Source: Bacteroidales bacterium (GTDB lineage: Bacteria; Bacteroidota; Bacteroidia; Bacteroidales; ML635J-15). Taken from it: DNA of 64,000 nucleotides. Positions 28,044-37,949 of this stretch are shown here, piece after piece (positions within the stretch are counted from its first letter, which is position 1; each line of letters begins with the position of its first letter). Under the pieces are notes generated by a model, which saw nothing but the letters and a program-made list of their open reading frames with translations, made no database searches and had not been told where the DNA came from. The stretch covers positions 6,555-70,554 of the forward strand of contig JAGCDJ010000043.1 of NCBI GenBank assembly GCA_017651185.1, given 5' to 3'. The position numbers were made by a program, and so were the translations under genes.

Positions 28044-29729
28044 TTAGTACGATACTTCTTTGCTGAATCCTATGCCGTTGTTATATCGTCCAGAAACGAT
28101 AATTTTTTTATTGTTTTGCGATGGCAGAAATACAATTCTTGCCTGCTTTTTGTTGCTTTCAAGTATTATCCCGTTTTCGGCTTTCCAGTATATTTGTGCA
28201 ATGTTTCCACCTTTTATCCTGTAGCATAGTTTGTCGGACTTGTCTCGTTCTATGCTGATTGGTGCGGGAATAAGTTCCTCAACAAAAAAAGCTGTTACAG
28301 AATCCTGTATGAAATAGAAGTATGGTACGAGATTGTTGTTCTTGTCGACATGCAGACTATGTCCGCCACCGGGGTAGGTGAATAGTTTGCTTCTGTTTCC
28401 TTTTGCCTTTGCCATCTTGTCAACTAGCGACGAACCATACATTTTGTTTGTGAGAGCCTTATTGAGAGGCAGAGAGAAAATGCTTTTGACCGATTTTGCA
28501 TTTGCGCTGTTGTCGTTGCGGAGTGCTATCTTTATCGGGTCAAGTACATCGTTGAACGGGTAATCGTAGCCGTAGGGGACAATATTGTCGGCATCGCCGT
28601 GGAATGAAATAATGGAAGTTTTGGCGTTCGCAATCATATTGATGTCGTGAACAGCGCCCCACATATTCGCCACAGCCTTTATGCTGAATTTTTCGGTGTA
28701 TTGCGGTGATACCGATTCTATGTCGCCTAAGTCGCTTTTGAACAGGCTTCCTTTTGTTGATTGCGGTCGGCTATTGTTGCGCATAAAGGCGAGGTTGAGT
28801 GCTGTTATTGCGCCAGCGCTTGTTCCGCCTGCAAATATCCAGTCGGTGTTGATGCGGTATTTTGCGGCGTTGTGTACCAAATAACGCATTGCTGCGTGAG
28901 CATCTTGTGCTGCGCGATAGCCTGCGCAGTCTATCTGGTCGGCACTTGGCAGGAATCCCATGCGATAGTTTATGGAGGCAACCACGAATCCCATTGCGGC
29001 AAAATGTCTGCTCCATTTTATGTATGCTTCCGATGCCTTGTCGCCGTTGAAAAATGCTCCGCCGTGTATGAGCATTAATAATGGTCGCAGTTTGCTTGTG
29101 TCGTCCTGAGGCAGATATATGTCCATTTTCAGGTCGATGTCGCGAGGCGAAAGGTTGTATTTTAGCAAGTCGCCAAGTTTTTCGGTATAAGCTTCTGCGA
29201 AAGTGACATTCCTGTCGGGATTGTAGCTCCAGAAACCTTTGGCATTGCCGTAAACTATATCTTTTGTTACGGAGACTTTGTATTTTTCTGTTTGGAATTG
29301 AGCTTCAAATTGATTGAATTTCGGTGATTTGTACTTGTAGAATTGGAATTTCTTATGTTCTTTCCCGACAATGTATTCTCCAGTAATGCTGTCATTTACA
29401 ATCGTTTCAGGAATTACTTTTACTGGAATGTCGATGCCGTTTATGTTAATTGTGCACTTTTTCCTGCCTGATGTAATCGAAAGGTTTTCTTCCTTTGCGA
29501 TGGGTGAGTTCTCTACTTTGTAGCGCAAACCGGTTACTTTGTCTTTACTTACATTCTCGAACTTTAATATTAAGGTGCTGTCATCGCATTCGCCTATGTA
29601 GTAGCATTGTGTGTCGATGTTCGACAGGTCAATTTTTTCACAACCGCAATGTGCAAATATGAGAACAGCAACAACGATGGCGGTTATTATAAATCGTATT
29701 ATATGTCGTGATTGTCTTGTGTATGCCAT
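28044..29729 (-). CDS. Alpha/beta hydrolase (carboxylesterase/lipase-like), probably exported
   Basis: IHGGAF, INYRMG, GTSAG nucleophile, FHGDAD, GGGH. Confidence 0.8.
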   Translation of the reverse strand: MAYTRQSRHIIRFIITAIVVAVLIFAHCGCEKIDLSNIDTQCYYIGECDDSTLILKFENVSKDKVTGLRYKVENSPIAKEENLSITSGRKKCTININGIDIPVKVIPETIVNDSITGEYIVGKEHKKFQFYKYKSPKFNQFEAQFQTEKYKVSVTKDIVYGNAKGFWSYNPDRNVTFAEAYTEKLGDLLKYNLSPRDIDLKMDIYLPQDDTSKLRPLLMLIHGGAFFNGDKASEAYIKWSRHFAAMGFVVASINYRMGFLPSADQIDCAGYRAAQDAHAAMRYLVHNAAKYRINTDWIFAGGTSAGAITALNLAFMRNNSRPQSTKGSLFKSDLGDIESVSPQYTEKFSIKAVANMWGAVHDINMIANAKTSIISFHGDADNIVPYGYDYPFNDVLDPIKIALRNDNSANAKSVKSIFSLPLNKALTNKMYGSSLVDKMAKAKGNRSKLFTYPGGGHSLHVDKNNNLVPYFYFIQDSVTAFFVEELIPAPISIERDKSDKLCYRIKGGNIAQIYWKAENGIILESNKKQARIVFLPSQNNKKIIVSGRYNNGIGFSKEVSY

Positions 29730-29864
29730 CTAACTAAAAGTTGTTATGATTTGAAAGCAAAGTTAGTTCTTTTTACAAAACTTACCAATAACTTTTTATT
29801 GTCGGCAAAAGCATTTTGTTTGGTGATAAAATAGTAATTTTGCACCCTCAAAAAAGTATCGGAA

Positions 29865-31238
29865 TTGGAACAGATAGACAAGACTAAAGAATTAGAAACC
29901 AGAGATATCCGTCAGTTGTTGTGGATATATGCTCTTCCCGCAGTAATAAGTCAGGTGATTGCATCGCTGTACAACATTGCCGACAGGATATTCATAGGAC
30001 AGGGTGTTGGACCTCTGGCGATTGCAGGTTTGGCGATAACAATGCCTATAATGAACCTTATTCATGCTTTTGGCGCGCTGGTAGGCGTGGGTTCATCAGC
30101 ACGAATGTCCATTGTGCTTGGAAAGAAGGACGTAAACTGGGCGGAGAAGATTCTTGGTAACAGTACGATATTCACTTTTGTGCTGGGTGCTTTTTTCTTG
30201 TCGTTTAATTACATTTTCATGGACGACATCCTGATGTTGTTTGGCGCAACTGACGACACAATTTCGTATGCGCGTGAATATCTGTACATTGTTCTTCCCG
30301 GTATGTTTTTCACTACTCTTACTTTTAATCTTACTGGTTTGATTCGTGCATCAGGCTATCCAATGAAGTCGATGTTCATCCTTGCTGGAGGCGCTATTCT
30401 CAATGTTATTCTAGATCCGATATTCATTTTTGTGTTCAAATGGGGGATAGCCGGTGCTGCATGGGCTACAACAATCTCAATGGCAACTACTGGCATAATT
30501 TCGGTATTGCACTTTGTGAATCCACGCTCGTTCATACGCTTTAAGTCGCATTGTTGGGCAGTAAAGGGCTACATAATAAGGAACATTACCATGATTGGCT
30601 TGAGTCCTTTCCTTATGAACCTAACAGCTGCTGGTGTTGTCGCTTTGCTTAATGCTCAACTTTTGCGTTATGGTGGCGATTTCGCAGTTGGTGCATACGG
30701 TATTGTGAATACCTTTGGAATGCTGATGGTCATGCTGATTCTGGGCGTTTGTCAGGGTATGCAGCCGATTGCTGGCTACAATTATGGCGCAGGTCATCCC
30801 GACCGGCTGAAGGCTGTTTACAAGCTAACAATGAAGGTTTGTGTGTTTATTGGTTTGGTGGGAAGTGTTTTGGGTTGTTTGATTCCAAGGTATATGGTGC
30901 GTGCGTTTACCGATGATCCCAGTTTGATAGAAATCGCCATTCCGGCAATGTGCTACATTATGGTGATGTTTCCGCTAATTGGCTTCACAATCGTAAATTC
31001 AAACTTTTTTCAGTCAATAGACAAACCATGGATTGCAATAGTTACAAGTCTATCGCGACAGCTTATATTCCTTCTCCCAATGTGCTATCTTATGCCGTAT
31101 GTGTATGAGTATTTTGGAGGAGAAGGCCTTTCGGGAATTTGGGCTTCTTGTACGGTCTCCGATGTAATGGGAGCTGCACTTGCTGCTATATTCCTATATT
31201 CGCAGCGAAAGGTTTTCCGTGAGGCACAGCAGGTTTGA
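29865..31238 (+). CDS. MATE family efflux transporter (MepA-like)
   Basis: LYNIADRIFIG, NVILDPIFI, GMQPIAGYNYGA; many TM segments. Confidence 0.9.
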   Translation: MEQIDKTKELETRDIRQLLWIYALPAVISQVIASLYNIADRIFIGQGVGPLAIAGLAITMPIMNLIHAFGALVGVGSSARMSIVLGKKDVNWAEKILGNSTIFTFVLGAFFLSFNYIFMDDILMLFGATDDTISYAREYLYIVLPGMFFTTLTFNLTGLIRASGYPMKSMFILAGGAILNVILDPIFIFVFKWGIAGAAWATTISMATTGIISVLHFVNPRSFIRFKSHCWAVKGYIIRNITMIGLSPFLMNLTAAGVVALLNAQLLRYGGDFAVGAYGIVNTFGMLMVMLILGVCQGMQPIAGYNYGAGHPDRLKAVYKLTMKVCVFIGLVGSVLGCLIPRYMVRAFTDDPSLIEIAIPAMCYIMVMFPLIGFTIVNSNFFQSIDKPWIAIVTSLSRQLIFLLPMCYLMPYVYEYFGGEGLSGIWASCTVSDVMGAALAAIFLYSQRKVFREAQQV

Positions 31239-31348
31239 TTATACTTTTATTCTTGACAATTGTAATTCTGAACTTGTTTCAGTACATTCATCTCAACGAA
31301 GTTAATCTGCTTGTGATTAATATTATTTGATTGTATATGTCATAAAAC

Positions 31349-31377
31349 AAAAAATGCCAGAGAAATCTGGCATTTTT
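31349..31377. terminator. Bidirectional intrinsic terminator
   Basis: AAAAAATGCCAGA-GAAA-TCTGGCATTTTT. Confidence 0.75.
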
Positions 31378-31396
31378 CTTCTTATTATGGTATTGA

Positions 31397-33532
31397 TTAG
31401 TACTTAGGTTCTATTCCCAAGTTGTAGAAAATGAACGAGTAGATGTCAACCACCTCGTCGATAGCCTTGTCAAGTGGCTTGCCACTTCCGTGACCTGCAT
31501 TGCTTTCGATGCGGATGAGGTGCGGTTTGTTGCCGATGTTGCTGTTCTGCAAGGTTGCTGCATACTTGAACGAATGTGCGGGAACAACTCTGTCGTCGTG
31601 GTCTGCTGTAGTGACAAGGATTGCAGGGTAATCTACACCATCCTTTACAGAGTGCAATGGTGAATATTTATATAGGTATTCGAACATTTCCTTGTTGTCT
31701 TCGCTTGTGCCGTAGTCTATTGCCCAGTATCTGCCGATGGTGAACTTATGGTAGCGAAGCATATCCATTACGCCAACCTGCGGAATTGCAACAGCAAATA
31801 GGTCGGGACGCTGGTTTACAACTGCTCCTACAAGCAGACCGCCGTTCGAACCGCCTTGGATTGCAAGTCTTTCCTTGCTAGTGTATTTCTCGTTGATAAG
31901 GAATTCAGCTGCAGCGATGAAGTCATCGAATACATTCTGCTTCTGCAGCTTGGTTCCTGCTTCGTGCCATTCCTTGCCGTATTCGCCACCGCCACGGATG
32001 TTAGCAACTGCGTAAACTCCGCCTTGTTCGAGCCATGCTATGCGTGTGGCGCTGAAACTTGGAGTGAGCGAAATATTGAATCCTCCGTAACCGTAGAGTA
32101 GGGTTGGGTTGGAACCGTCAAGTACAATGTCTTTCTTGTGAGTGAGAAAAATAGGAATCTTTGTTCCGTCCTTCGAGTTGTAGAACTTTTGCTCGGTAAC
32201 ATATTCATCCGAATTGAAACTGATTTCCGATTTCTTATAGAGTTCAGATTTGTTATTGGTAATGTCGTATTTGTAGATGAGCGACGGAGTTGTGTAAGAT
32301 GTTACAGTGTAGAAGGTTTCTGTATCTTCTGGGTCACCGCTAAATCCACCGATTGTTCCAATAATGTCGTTGTCGAGGTTGCTGATGAAATGCCCCTCCT
32401 CGTCGAAGATACGGATTACGGTGTGAGCATCCTTGGTGTAGTTGGCAATCAACTTCTTGCCGATGTGGCTTACGCCTGCGAGAACGCCTGCATCAGACTT
32501 TGGAATAAGGTCGAGCCACTTGGCCTGTGTCGGGTTGTCAAGGAAAATCTTGATAACCTTGTATTCCGGTGCGAAATAGTTGGTCATAACGATGAAGTTG
32601 CCATCGATTTCGTCAATTACGCCGTAGTCGTTTTCGAAGTTGTCAACCAACTTTACAAAATCTGAATTTGCCTTGTCAAGATCCTTGTAGTATAGGCAGT
32701 TGCCCGATGTTGATTCGCTTCCGTAGATGACAAGGTAGCGCTTGTTGATTACTTCGGCGGTAAAGCTGACATCTGGATTTGTCTTGTCTTCGTATGCAAG
32801 TTGGTCGTCTTTTTGTTCTGTTCCTACTTTGTGGTAGTAAAGCTGACCGTTTTCGTTTACGCCTGAAAGTTCGTTCTTGGGTTCCGGGAAACGGCTGTAG
32901 AAGAATCCGTCATCCTTCCAAGCTATGCTGGTGAACTTAACCCACATAAGGTGGTCGTTGAGGGTTTCACCGGTTTCGATGTTCTTTACAAAAATCTCTT
33001 CCCAGTCGCTACCGTTGCGCGAAATTGCGTAACCGAGGTAGTTGCCGTCATCGGAAATGCCGAGATTCGAGAGTGCTACAGTGCCGTCATCCGACAGTTT
33101 GTTGGGGTCGAGGAGTTCTACAGCTTCACCATCAAGAGAGTTTTTGTAGTACAGAACGCTCTGGTTCTGAAGTCCGTCGTTGCGGTAGAAGAAATAGCGG
33201 TCGCCTTTTTTCGATGGCGCGCTTTCCTTAGGGTAGTTCATAATGTCCTTCAGGCGGTTCTTCATGTTTTCGCGATACGGAATCTTCGACAAGTAGTTGT
33301 TTGTGACTTCGTTCTGCGCTTTTACCCAGTTGGCGGTTTCTTCTGAGAAATCGTCTTCGAGCCATCTGTACGGGTCGGATACTGCCGTTCCGAAATAATT
33401 GTCGATGGTATCGCACTTCTTTGTTTCGGGGTATTTCAGAGGTTCGTCCCCGTTTGTTTTTGTCTCATTGTTGCACGATGATAACATAATCAAAACATTT
33501 AAGGCCAAAATGCCGATACAATATTTCTTCAT
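31397..33532 (-). CDS. Prolyl oligopeptidase (S9A), lipoprotein
   Basis: Lipobox LSSC; DPYRWLED, YGYGGF, GGSNGGLL, DDRV, AGHG. Confidence 0.92.
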   Translation of the reverse strand: MKKYCIGILALNVLIMLSSCNNETKTNGDEPLKYPETKKCDTIDNYFGTAVSDPYRWLEDDFSEETANWVKAQNEVTNNYLSKIPYRENMKNRLKDIMNYPKESAPSKKGDRYFFYRNDGLQNQSVLYYKNSLDGEAVELLDPNKLSDDGTVALSNLGISDDGNYLGYAISRNGSDWEEIFVKNIETGETLNDHLMWVKFTSIAWKDDGFFYSRFPEPKNELSGVNENGQLYYHKVGTEQKDDQLAYEDKTNPDVSFTAEVINKRYLVIYGSESTSGNCLYYKDLDKANSDFVKLVDNFENDYGVIDEIDGNFIVMTNYFAPEYKVIKIFLDNPTQAKWLDLIPKSDAGVLAGVSHIGKKLIANYTKDAHTVIRIFDEEGHFISNLDNDIIGTIGGFSGDPEDTETFYTVTSYTTPSLIYKYDITNNKSELYKKSEISFNSDEYVTEQKFYNSKDGTKIPIFLTHKKDIVLDGSNPTLLYGYGGFNISLTPSFSATRIAWLEQGGVYAVANIRGGGEYGKEWHEAGTKLQKQNVFDDFIAAAEFLINEKYTSKERLAIQGGSNGGLLVGAVVNQRPDLFAVAIPQVGVMDMLRYHKFTIGRYWAIDYGTSEDNKEMFEYLYKYSPLHSVKDGVDYPAILVTTADHDDRVVPAHSFKYAATLQNSNIGNKPHLIRIESNAGHGSGKPLDKAIDEVVDIYSFIFYNLGIEPKY

Positions 33533-33685
33533 TAGTGTACGAATTTTAAATTTTCCGCAAAATTACTCAATGCTATAATTGTATAGATTGCTAATTCCTA
33601 AAAGAATGGTTAAAATTTGAGGGATGAAAAACTATCCATAAAATTCTTGCATAATAAAAATTAATTGTATTTTTGTTGCTGATTT

Positions 33686-33717
33686 GGTGGTAATGTTACC
33701 ACCGAAAATAGTGGTAA
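33686..33717. promoter_or_regulatory. Palindromic operator candidate upstream of the Fic gene
   Basis: GGTGGTAA-TG-TTACCACC plus an extra GTGGTAA half-site, just downstream of TATTTTTG (33668-33675). Confidence 0.5.
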
Positions 33718-33727
33718 ATGTATAACT

Positions 33728-34798
33728 ATGGAAGATAAGAAATTGCAAGAGGCATTTGAAAAATGGCAAAAAATACAGCCATTATCAGAAAACGACTTGA
33801 ATAGATTGAGACGGAGGTTTACTATTGATTTCAATTACAACTCGAATCATATTGAAGGCAATACGCTCACTTACGGACAGACTGAAATCCTTTTGCTTTT
33901 TGGCAAAGTCATTGGCGAAGCCGATGTGAAGGATGTTCAGGATATGACAGCGAGCAATGTTACGCTCAAGATGATGGAAGAAGAGTCGACTATTAAGAAT
34001 GTGCCACTTACGCAGAACTTTATTCGTACATTGCATCGTACTTTGCTTCGCGAAGACTATACGGTTTATCGTAATCTTCCAGGAGGCGAGCAAACTAGTT
34101 ATACCATACACGCAGGACAATATAAAACGCGCCCCAATAGTGTAATTACCCGTTATGGCGATAGGTTTGAATATGCTTCACCTGAGGAAACCCCAGTTTT
34201 GATGGCCGATCTTGTCGATTGGTACAACAACGCAGAATTGGAAGGCAAATTGTCTCCAGTGGAATTGGCGATTTTGTTTCACTATCGCTACATACGCATT
34301 CACCCGTTTGAAGATGGCAACGGTCGTATCGCTCGGTTGTTGTTCAATTATATTTTGTCTCGTCATGGTTATCCGATGGTAGTTGTGCGTAGTAGGTTGA
34401 AGCAAGATTATTTGGAAGCATTGCATCAGGCGGATTTGATTGTAGGCAAAGCGCCGTATGATGGTGCGCACGCATCGTTAAAATCCATCCGTCCATTTTA
34501 TAAGTATATGGTAAATTTGATTGTGCGAGAATTTGAAAATGATGTGTTGTTTGTTACCGAGAAGAATGAAAATATTTGGTGGTACGATGGCGAGCGCATA
34601 GTATTTCGTACACCTAGTTATGCAAAAATACTTCGTGAGTTGCAAATTGAACCGCAAGCTACATTCGCTTATTTGCAAGAAGAAATAGGAATAAATCGTT
34701 CTGCAATCCAGAAAATGTTACAATCATTGCAAAACAAGGGATATGTCGAGAAGGATGGCAAGGGTTCGTGGCGAGTGTTCATTACCCCGTCTGTGTGA
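33728..34798 (+). CDS. Fic family protein with N-terminal inhibitory motif and C-terminal winged HTH
   Basis: HPFEDGNGRIAR; SNHIEGN; C-terminal LQEEIGINRSAIQKMLQSLQNKGY. Confidence 0.88.
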   Translation: MEDKKLQEAFEKWQKIQPLSENDLNRLRRRFTIDFNYNSNHIEGNTLTYGQTEILLLFGKVIGEADVKDVQDMTASNVTLKMMEEESTIKNVPLTQNFIRTLHRTLLREDYTVYRNLPGGEQTSYTIHAGQYKTRPNSVITRYGDRFEYASPEETPVLMADLVDWYNNAELEGKLSPVELAILFHYRYIRIHPFEDGNGRIARLLFNYILSRHGYPMVVVRSRLKQDYLEALHQADLIVGKAPYDGAHASLKSIRPFYKYMVNLIVREFENDVLFVTEKNENIWWYDGERIVFRTPSYAKILRELQIEPQATFAYLQEEIGINRSAIQKMLQSLQNKGYVEKDGKGSWRVFITPSV

Positions 34799-34811
34799 CC
34801 GAATAGTGCTT

Positions 34812-36005
34812 TTAGTACATCATCCCAAACAGCCATAAAGGAATCTTATTGTCTATGCCGATTTCGATTCCGTCTGCCACCACAAAACTGCCCTTAACTC
34901 CGCTTATCTGCTTGTATCCCTTTCCGTGTCCGCCAACCTCGAATACATAGTCGGAATTTACAAGAAAGTCGCCTTTTTGTGGCATGGCAATGCGATTTTC
35001 GAGGGAAAGTTGGTTGGCAAAGAAAGTTTCCCGTACCGTGCCTGTCTCAACATTTTCCGATAGGGCATCCATTATGTTTGTGTTGCCGAACACAATCTTT
35101 TCGGGTTTCACAAGTTGTTTAAGACCTTTGTCTTCCGAGTATATCATGCGTATTACGCCTGCCCGGTCGAGAAGGTCGAACAGCCGCATAAGTTGGTTTC
35201 TGCCAATTTGCATCATTGTGCATAGCGACTGGATGTTGAGCGTATATGGAACCGTTTCTGCCAGAATCACAAGCAGTTGCTTGGCTTTTTTCAGTGAGGC
35301 GTACTCTATTTCGGTGACTGCGGGAATGTCGTTGTCTATAATGGTATTTACAACCTGCTGAACTTTTGTGAGGTATGTTATTTCCGAACTTCCCCTGTAG
35401 TACGGATAGTAGCCCCGCTTCAAGTACTTCTCGAATTTAGGAAGCACTTTGCTTTTGGCTGTAATCTGCGCTGCGATGTCGTAGTGCGACTTTATGATTT
35501 CTGACAGCGAATACACCTTGTCGAAATGCTCGCCTTCAAAGTTCAGGAACTCTCTGAACGACAGTCCGTGCATTTCGTAGATTACGCATCTCCGCGACAG
35601 GTCGGCTATGGAATTGTCGATTTCGAGCAGCGACGAGCCAGTGAACACAATGTGCATATCAGGATACGAGTCGTATATGTTTTTCACTTCTATCGACCAG
35701 TTGGGATACCGATGCACCTCGTCAAGGAAAAGGTGTTCGCCACCATGTGCATTATGGTAGTCGGCAAGTTCGACCAATGTGTGCGCAGTAAACCAGATGT
35801 TGTCAAGCGACACATATAGGGCTTTGCGTCTGTCGGCGATTTTCAGTTTGATGTATTGGAGCATTATCGTGGTTTTTCCGACACCCCGCGCACCCTTTAT
35901 GCCAATCAGTCTGTCTTCCCATTGTATCCTATCGAACATATATCTGATAATGTCTGTAGATGTTTTTTCGATAAGTTGAGCCGATATTCTATATACATTT
36001 TCCAT
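34812..36005 (-). CDS. AAA_14 ATPase with DUF4143-like / PD-(D/E)XK-like C-terminus
   Basis: GARGVGKTT, LFLDEVH, FTGSS, GLSFREF, RETFFANQL, GDFLV..FEVGG, IPLWLFG. Confidence 0.85.
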   Translation of the reverse strand: MENVYRISAQLIEKTSTDIIRYMFDRIQWEDRLIGIKGARGVGKTTIMLQYIKLKIADRRKALYVSLDNIWFTAHTLVELADYHNAHGGEHLFLDEVHRYPNWSIEVKNIYDSYPDMHIVFTGSSLLEIDNSIADLSRRCVIYEMHGLSFREFLNFEGEHFDKVYSLSEIIKSHYDIAAQITAKSKVLPKFEKYLKRGYYPYYRGSSEITYLTKVQQVVNTIIDNDIPAVTEIEYASLKKAKQLLVILAETVPYTLNIQSLCTMMQIGRNQLMRLFDLLDRAGVIRMIYSEDKGLKQLVKPEKIVFGNTNIMDALSENVETGTVRETFFANQLSLENRIAMPQKGDFLVNSDYVFEVGGHGKGYKQISGVKGSFVVADGIEIGIDNKIPLWLFGMMY

Positions 36006-36054
36006 AAAATCAGTCGTTTAGTGAATTGTATTTGTACGATGCAAAGGTATAAAA

Positions 36055-36140
36055 TTTTCTTTACATAGAAAAAATATTGCTATTTTTTTTCTCTGCACAG
36101 ACGATTTTTATTAAATAATTTTCTCTACATAGACGATTTT
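36055..36140. repeat. Three imperfect 22-bp direct repeats with 32-bp period upstream of the AAA ATPase
   Basis: TTTTCTTTACATAGAAAAAATA (36055), TTTTCTCTGCACAGACGATTTT (36087), TTTTCTCTACATAGACGATTTT (36119). Confidence 0.7.
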
Positions 36141-36202
36141 GTTTGCATTCGAGGACTGGTGGCAAGTGCTTTTTATGCAAGTGTAATAAGCAATCGTCAA
36201 AA

Positions 36203-36883
36203 TTATTTCAGTTCCAATTTTCCAATTCTTTCAATTACAGCAGCCTGCCTCATTTGACTTTCTAGACGGTCAAAGTATTCTCGCTCAACTACTTCCGTAA
36301 AATCACCATTCCGCAGAATATGGATTTCATCGCAGGTGTCACTCAAAGTGGAAAAAATGTGTGACGACAAAATTACTATCTTGTTTGACTGCTTTAGTCT
36401 CAATAATATTTCGGTCAACATAATGCTGCCGTTAATGTCGATGCCATTAAAAGGCTCATCAAGAATGAAACATTCGTTTCCTTGCACAAGAATTGCCATA
36501 AGAGCCAGTTTCTTTTTCATTCCTGTGGAATAAGTTGAAACATATTGGTTTAATGGTAAATCAAAAATATTTGAGGCATCAATGTCCGGCACTTCCTTTC
36601 CTCGTGCATTGCACAGCAGCCTTACATATTCGCGTCCTGTAATTTTGGGGAAAAAGAACGGGTCGGAAAAGAGCAATCCCAAATGATCTTTCAAAGGTTT
36701 TAAATCTGAATAAATTTCGCCCCGATAATTTTCCAAACCAGCAATGCAACGGAATAATGTTGTTTTCCCTGCACCATTTTCACCTATAATTCCATATATT
36801 TTTCCACTGGAGAACTCTATGTTTATGTTTTTAAGGACTTCCTTGGACCCGTAACTCTTATATAATCCTGCAATTCTAATCAT
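36203..36883 (-). CDS. ABC transporter ATP-binding protein
   Basis: GENGAGKTT, YSTGMKKK, ILDEPFNGID, SSH. Confidence 0.9.
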   Translation of the reverse strand: MIRIAGLYKSYGSKEVLKNINIEFSSGKIYGIIGENGAGKTTLFRCIAGLENYRGEIYSDLKPLKDHLGLLFSDPFFFPKITGREYVRLLCNARGKEVPDIDASNIFDLPLNQYVSTYSTGMKKKLALMAILVQGNECFILDEPFNGIDINGSIMLTEILLRLKQSNKIVILSSHIFSTLSDTCDEIHILRNGDFTEVVEREYFDRLESQMRQAAVIERIGKLELK

Positions 36884-37820
36884 TTAAAAATCTTTTTAGG
36901 CTGTCAATTGAACGAAAATAGAAAAATGGTACAACACCCAATGCTATAGGAGGGAAGAGTAAAACTAATACAGTTGCTATTCCTTCTGGAATACCTATTT
37001 CATCAGGGTATGTGGAATATTTGGCAAGTATGACCGTCGTAAGGAAAGTAATGCCAACCAAGAACGACAACAATATCAGTAAAAAGTCGGCATAAAAGAA
37101 AGCAAGCATTAAGATTATGACGGGAAGTGTCATGCAGGTTGCGTTTTTCACAGCATTAAAAACTTTTCGCCTTATAAATGTCTTTGGTGTTTCAGCAAAA
37201 ATCCATACATAATATTCGTTTTCTGGTTTTATATAATAACTTGACATAAAGGCAAATAGCAAAACCATCGAAATCAATCCAAGATTCAAATTGCTGACAC
37301 ATATTGCAATAACAACCAGCGCATATAGCAATGGGAAAATCCAAAAAGTCTTTCTGAACCCAACGGCAAATTCAAACGGTCTTTTTGAGAAAGGAGTGGG
37401 TATGGTAAAATTCATCCTGGATTTTAACGAAACGAATGCCAATATAATGGAAATTGCCAGCAAGGCGGACAATACAACAAATTGAAGTTTTACAGCAAGT
37501 ATTATTGCAAAAGGGATATAGACTAGCAAATTTTCAACAATCCTTATTTTTCTTTTTGTCTTATTGTTAAACACAATATGCAGGAAATCAAGTCTATCCG
37601 AGCGCGATAATTCCAGTTGCATAATGGCACAAACAAAAACGATAATGTATGGAGCCCAAAACTCTGATTTATAGAACAGAAGTTCCGATAGCAGAACAAA
37701 TATTGCCAGAAGCAAAATGTATCCAACGACAGGATTTATTCCGAAATCCTTAATCCTTCTGTTTGTCATTTTGAACAGAAGCGAAAAGTAGTATTTGATT
37801 CCGTTTGTGCTTGCTGTCAT
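36876..37820 (-). CDS. Putative ABC transporter permease
   Basis: Many hydrophobic segments; overlaps the ATPase gene; AT-rich. Confidence 0.7.
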   Translation of the reverse strand: MTASTNGIKYYFSLLFKMTNRRIKDFGINPVVGYILLLAIFVLLSELLFYKSEFWAPYIIVFVCAIMQLELSRSDRLDFLHIVFNNKTKRKIRIVENLLVYIPFAIILAVKLQFVVLSALLAISIILAFVSLKSRMNFTIPTPFSKRPFEFAVGFRKTFWIFPLLYALVVIAICVSNLNLGLISMVLLFAFMSSYYIKPENEYYVWIFAETPKTFIRRKVFNAVKNATCMTLPVIILMLAFFYADFLLILLSFLVGITFLTTVILAKYSTYPDEIGIPEGIATVLVLLFPPIALGVVPFFYFRSIDSLKRFLND

Positions 37821-37949
37821 AAATAATCTTGTTCTTATATTTTTGGAGCAAAGTTATTTGTTGAAATAAATAGTCAAGTTGCAAATTACTAAAAGAATGG
37901 TTAAGAAATATAAAATGCTTTTCCCTATCTTTGCATAAAATTTTCATCT

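Noticed and set aside
36055-36140. Mini CRISPR array
   Set aside because: Spacers are only 10 bp, repeats are degenerate and there are no cas genes.
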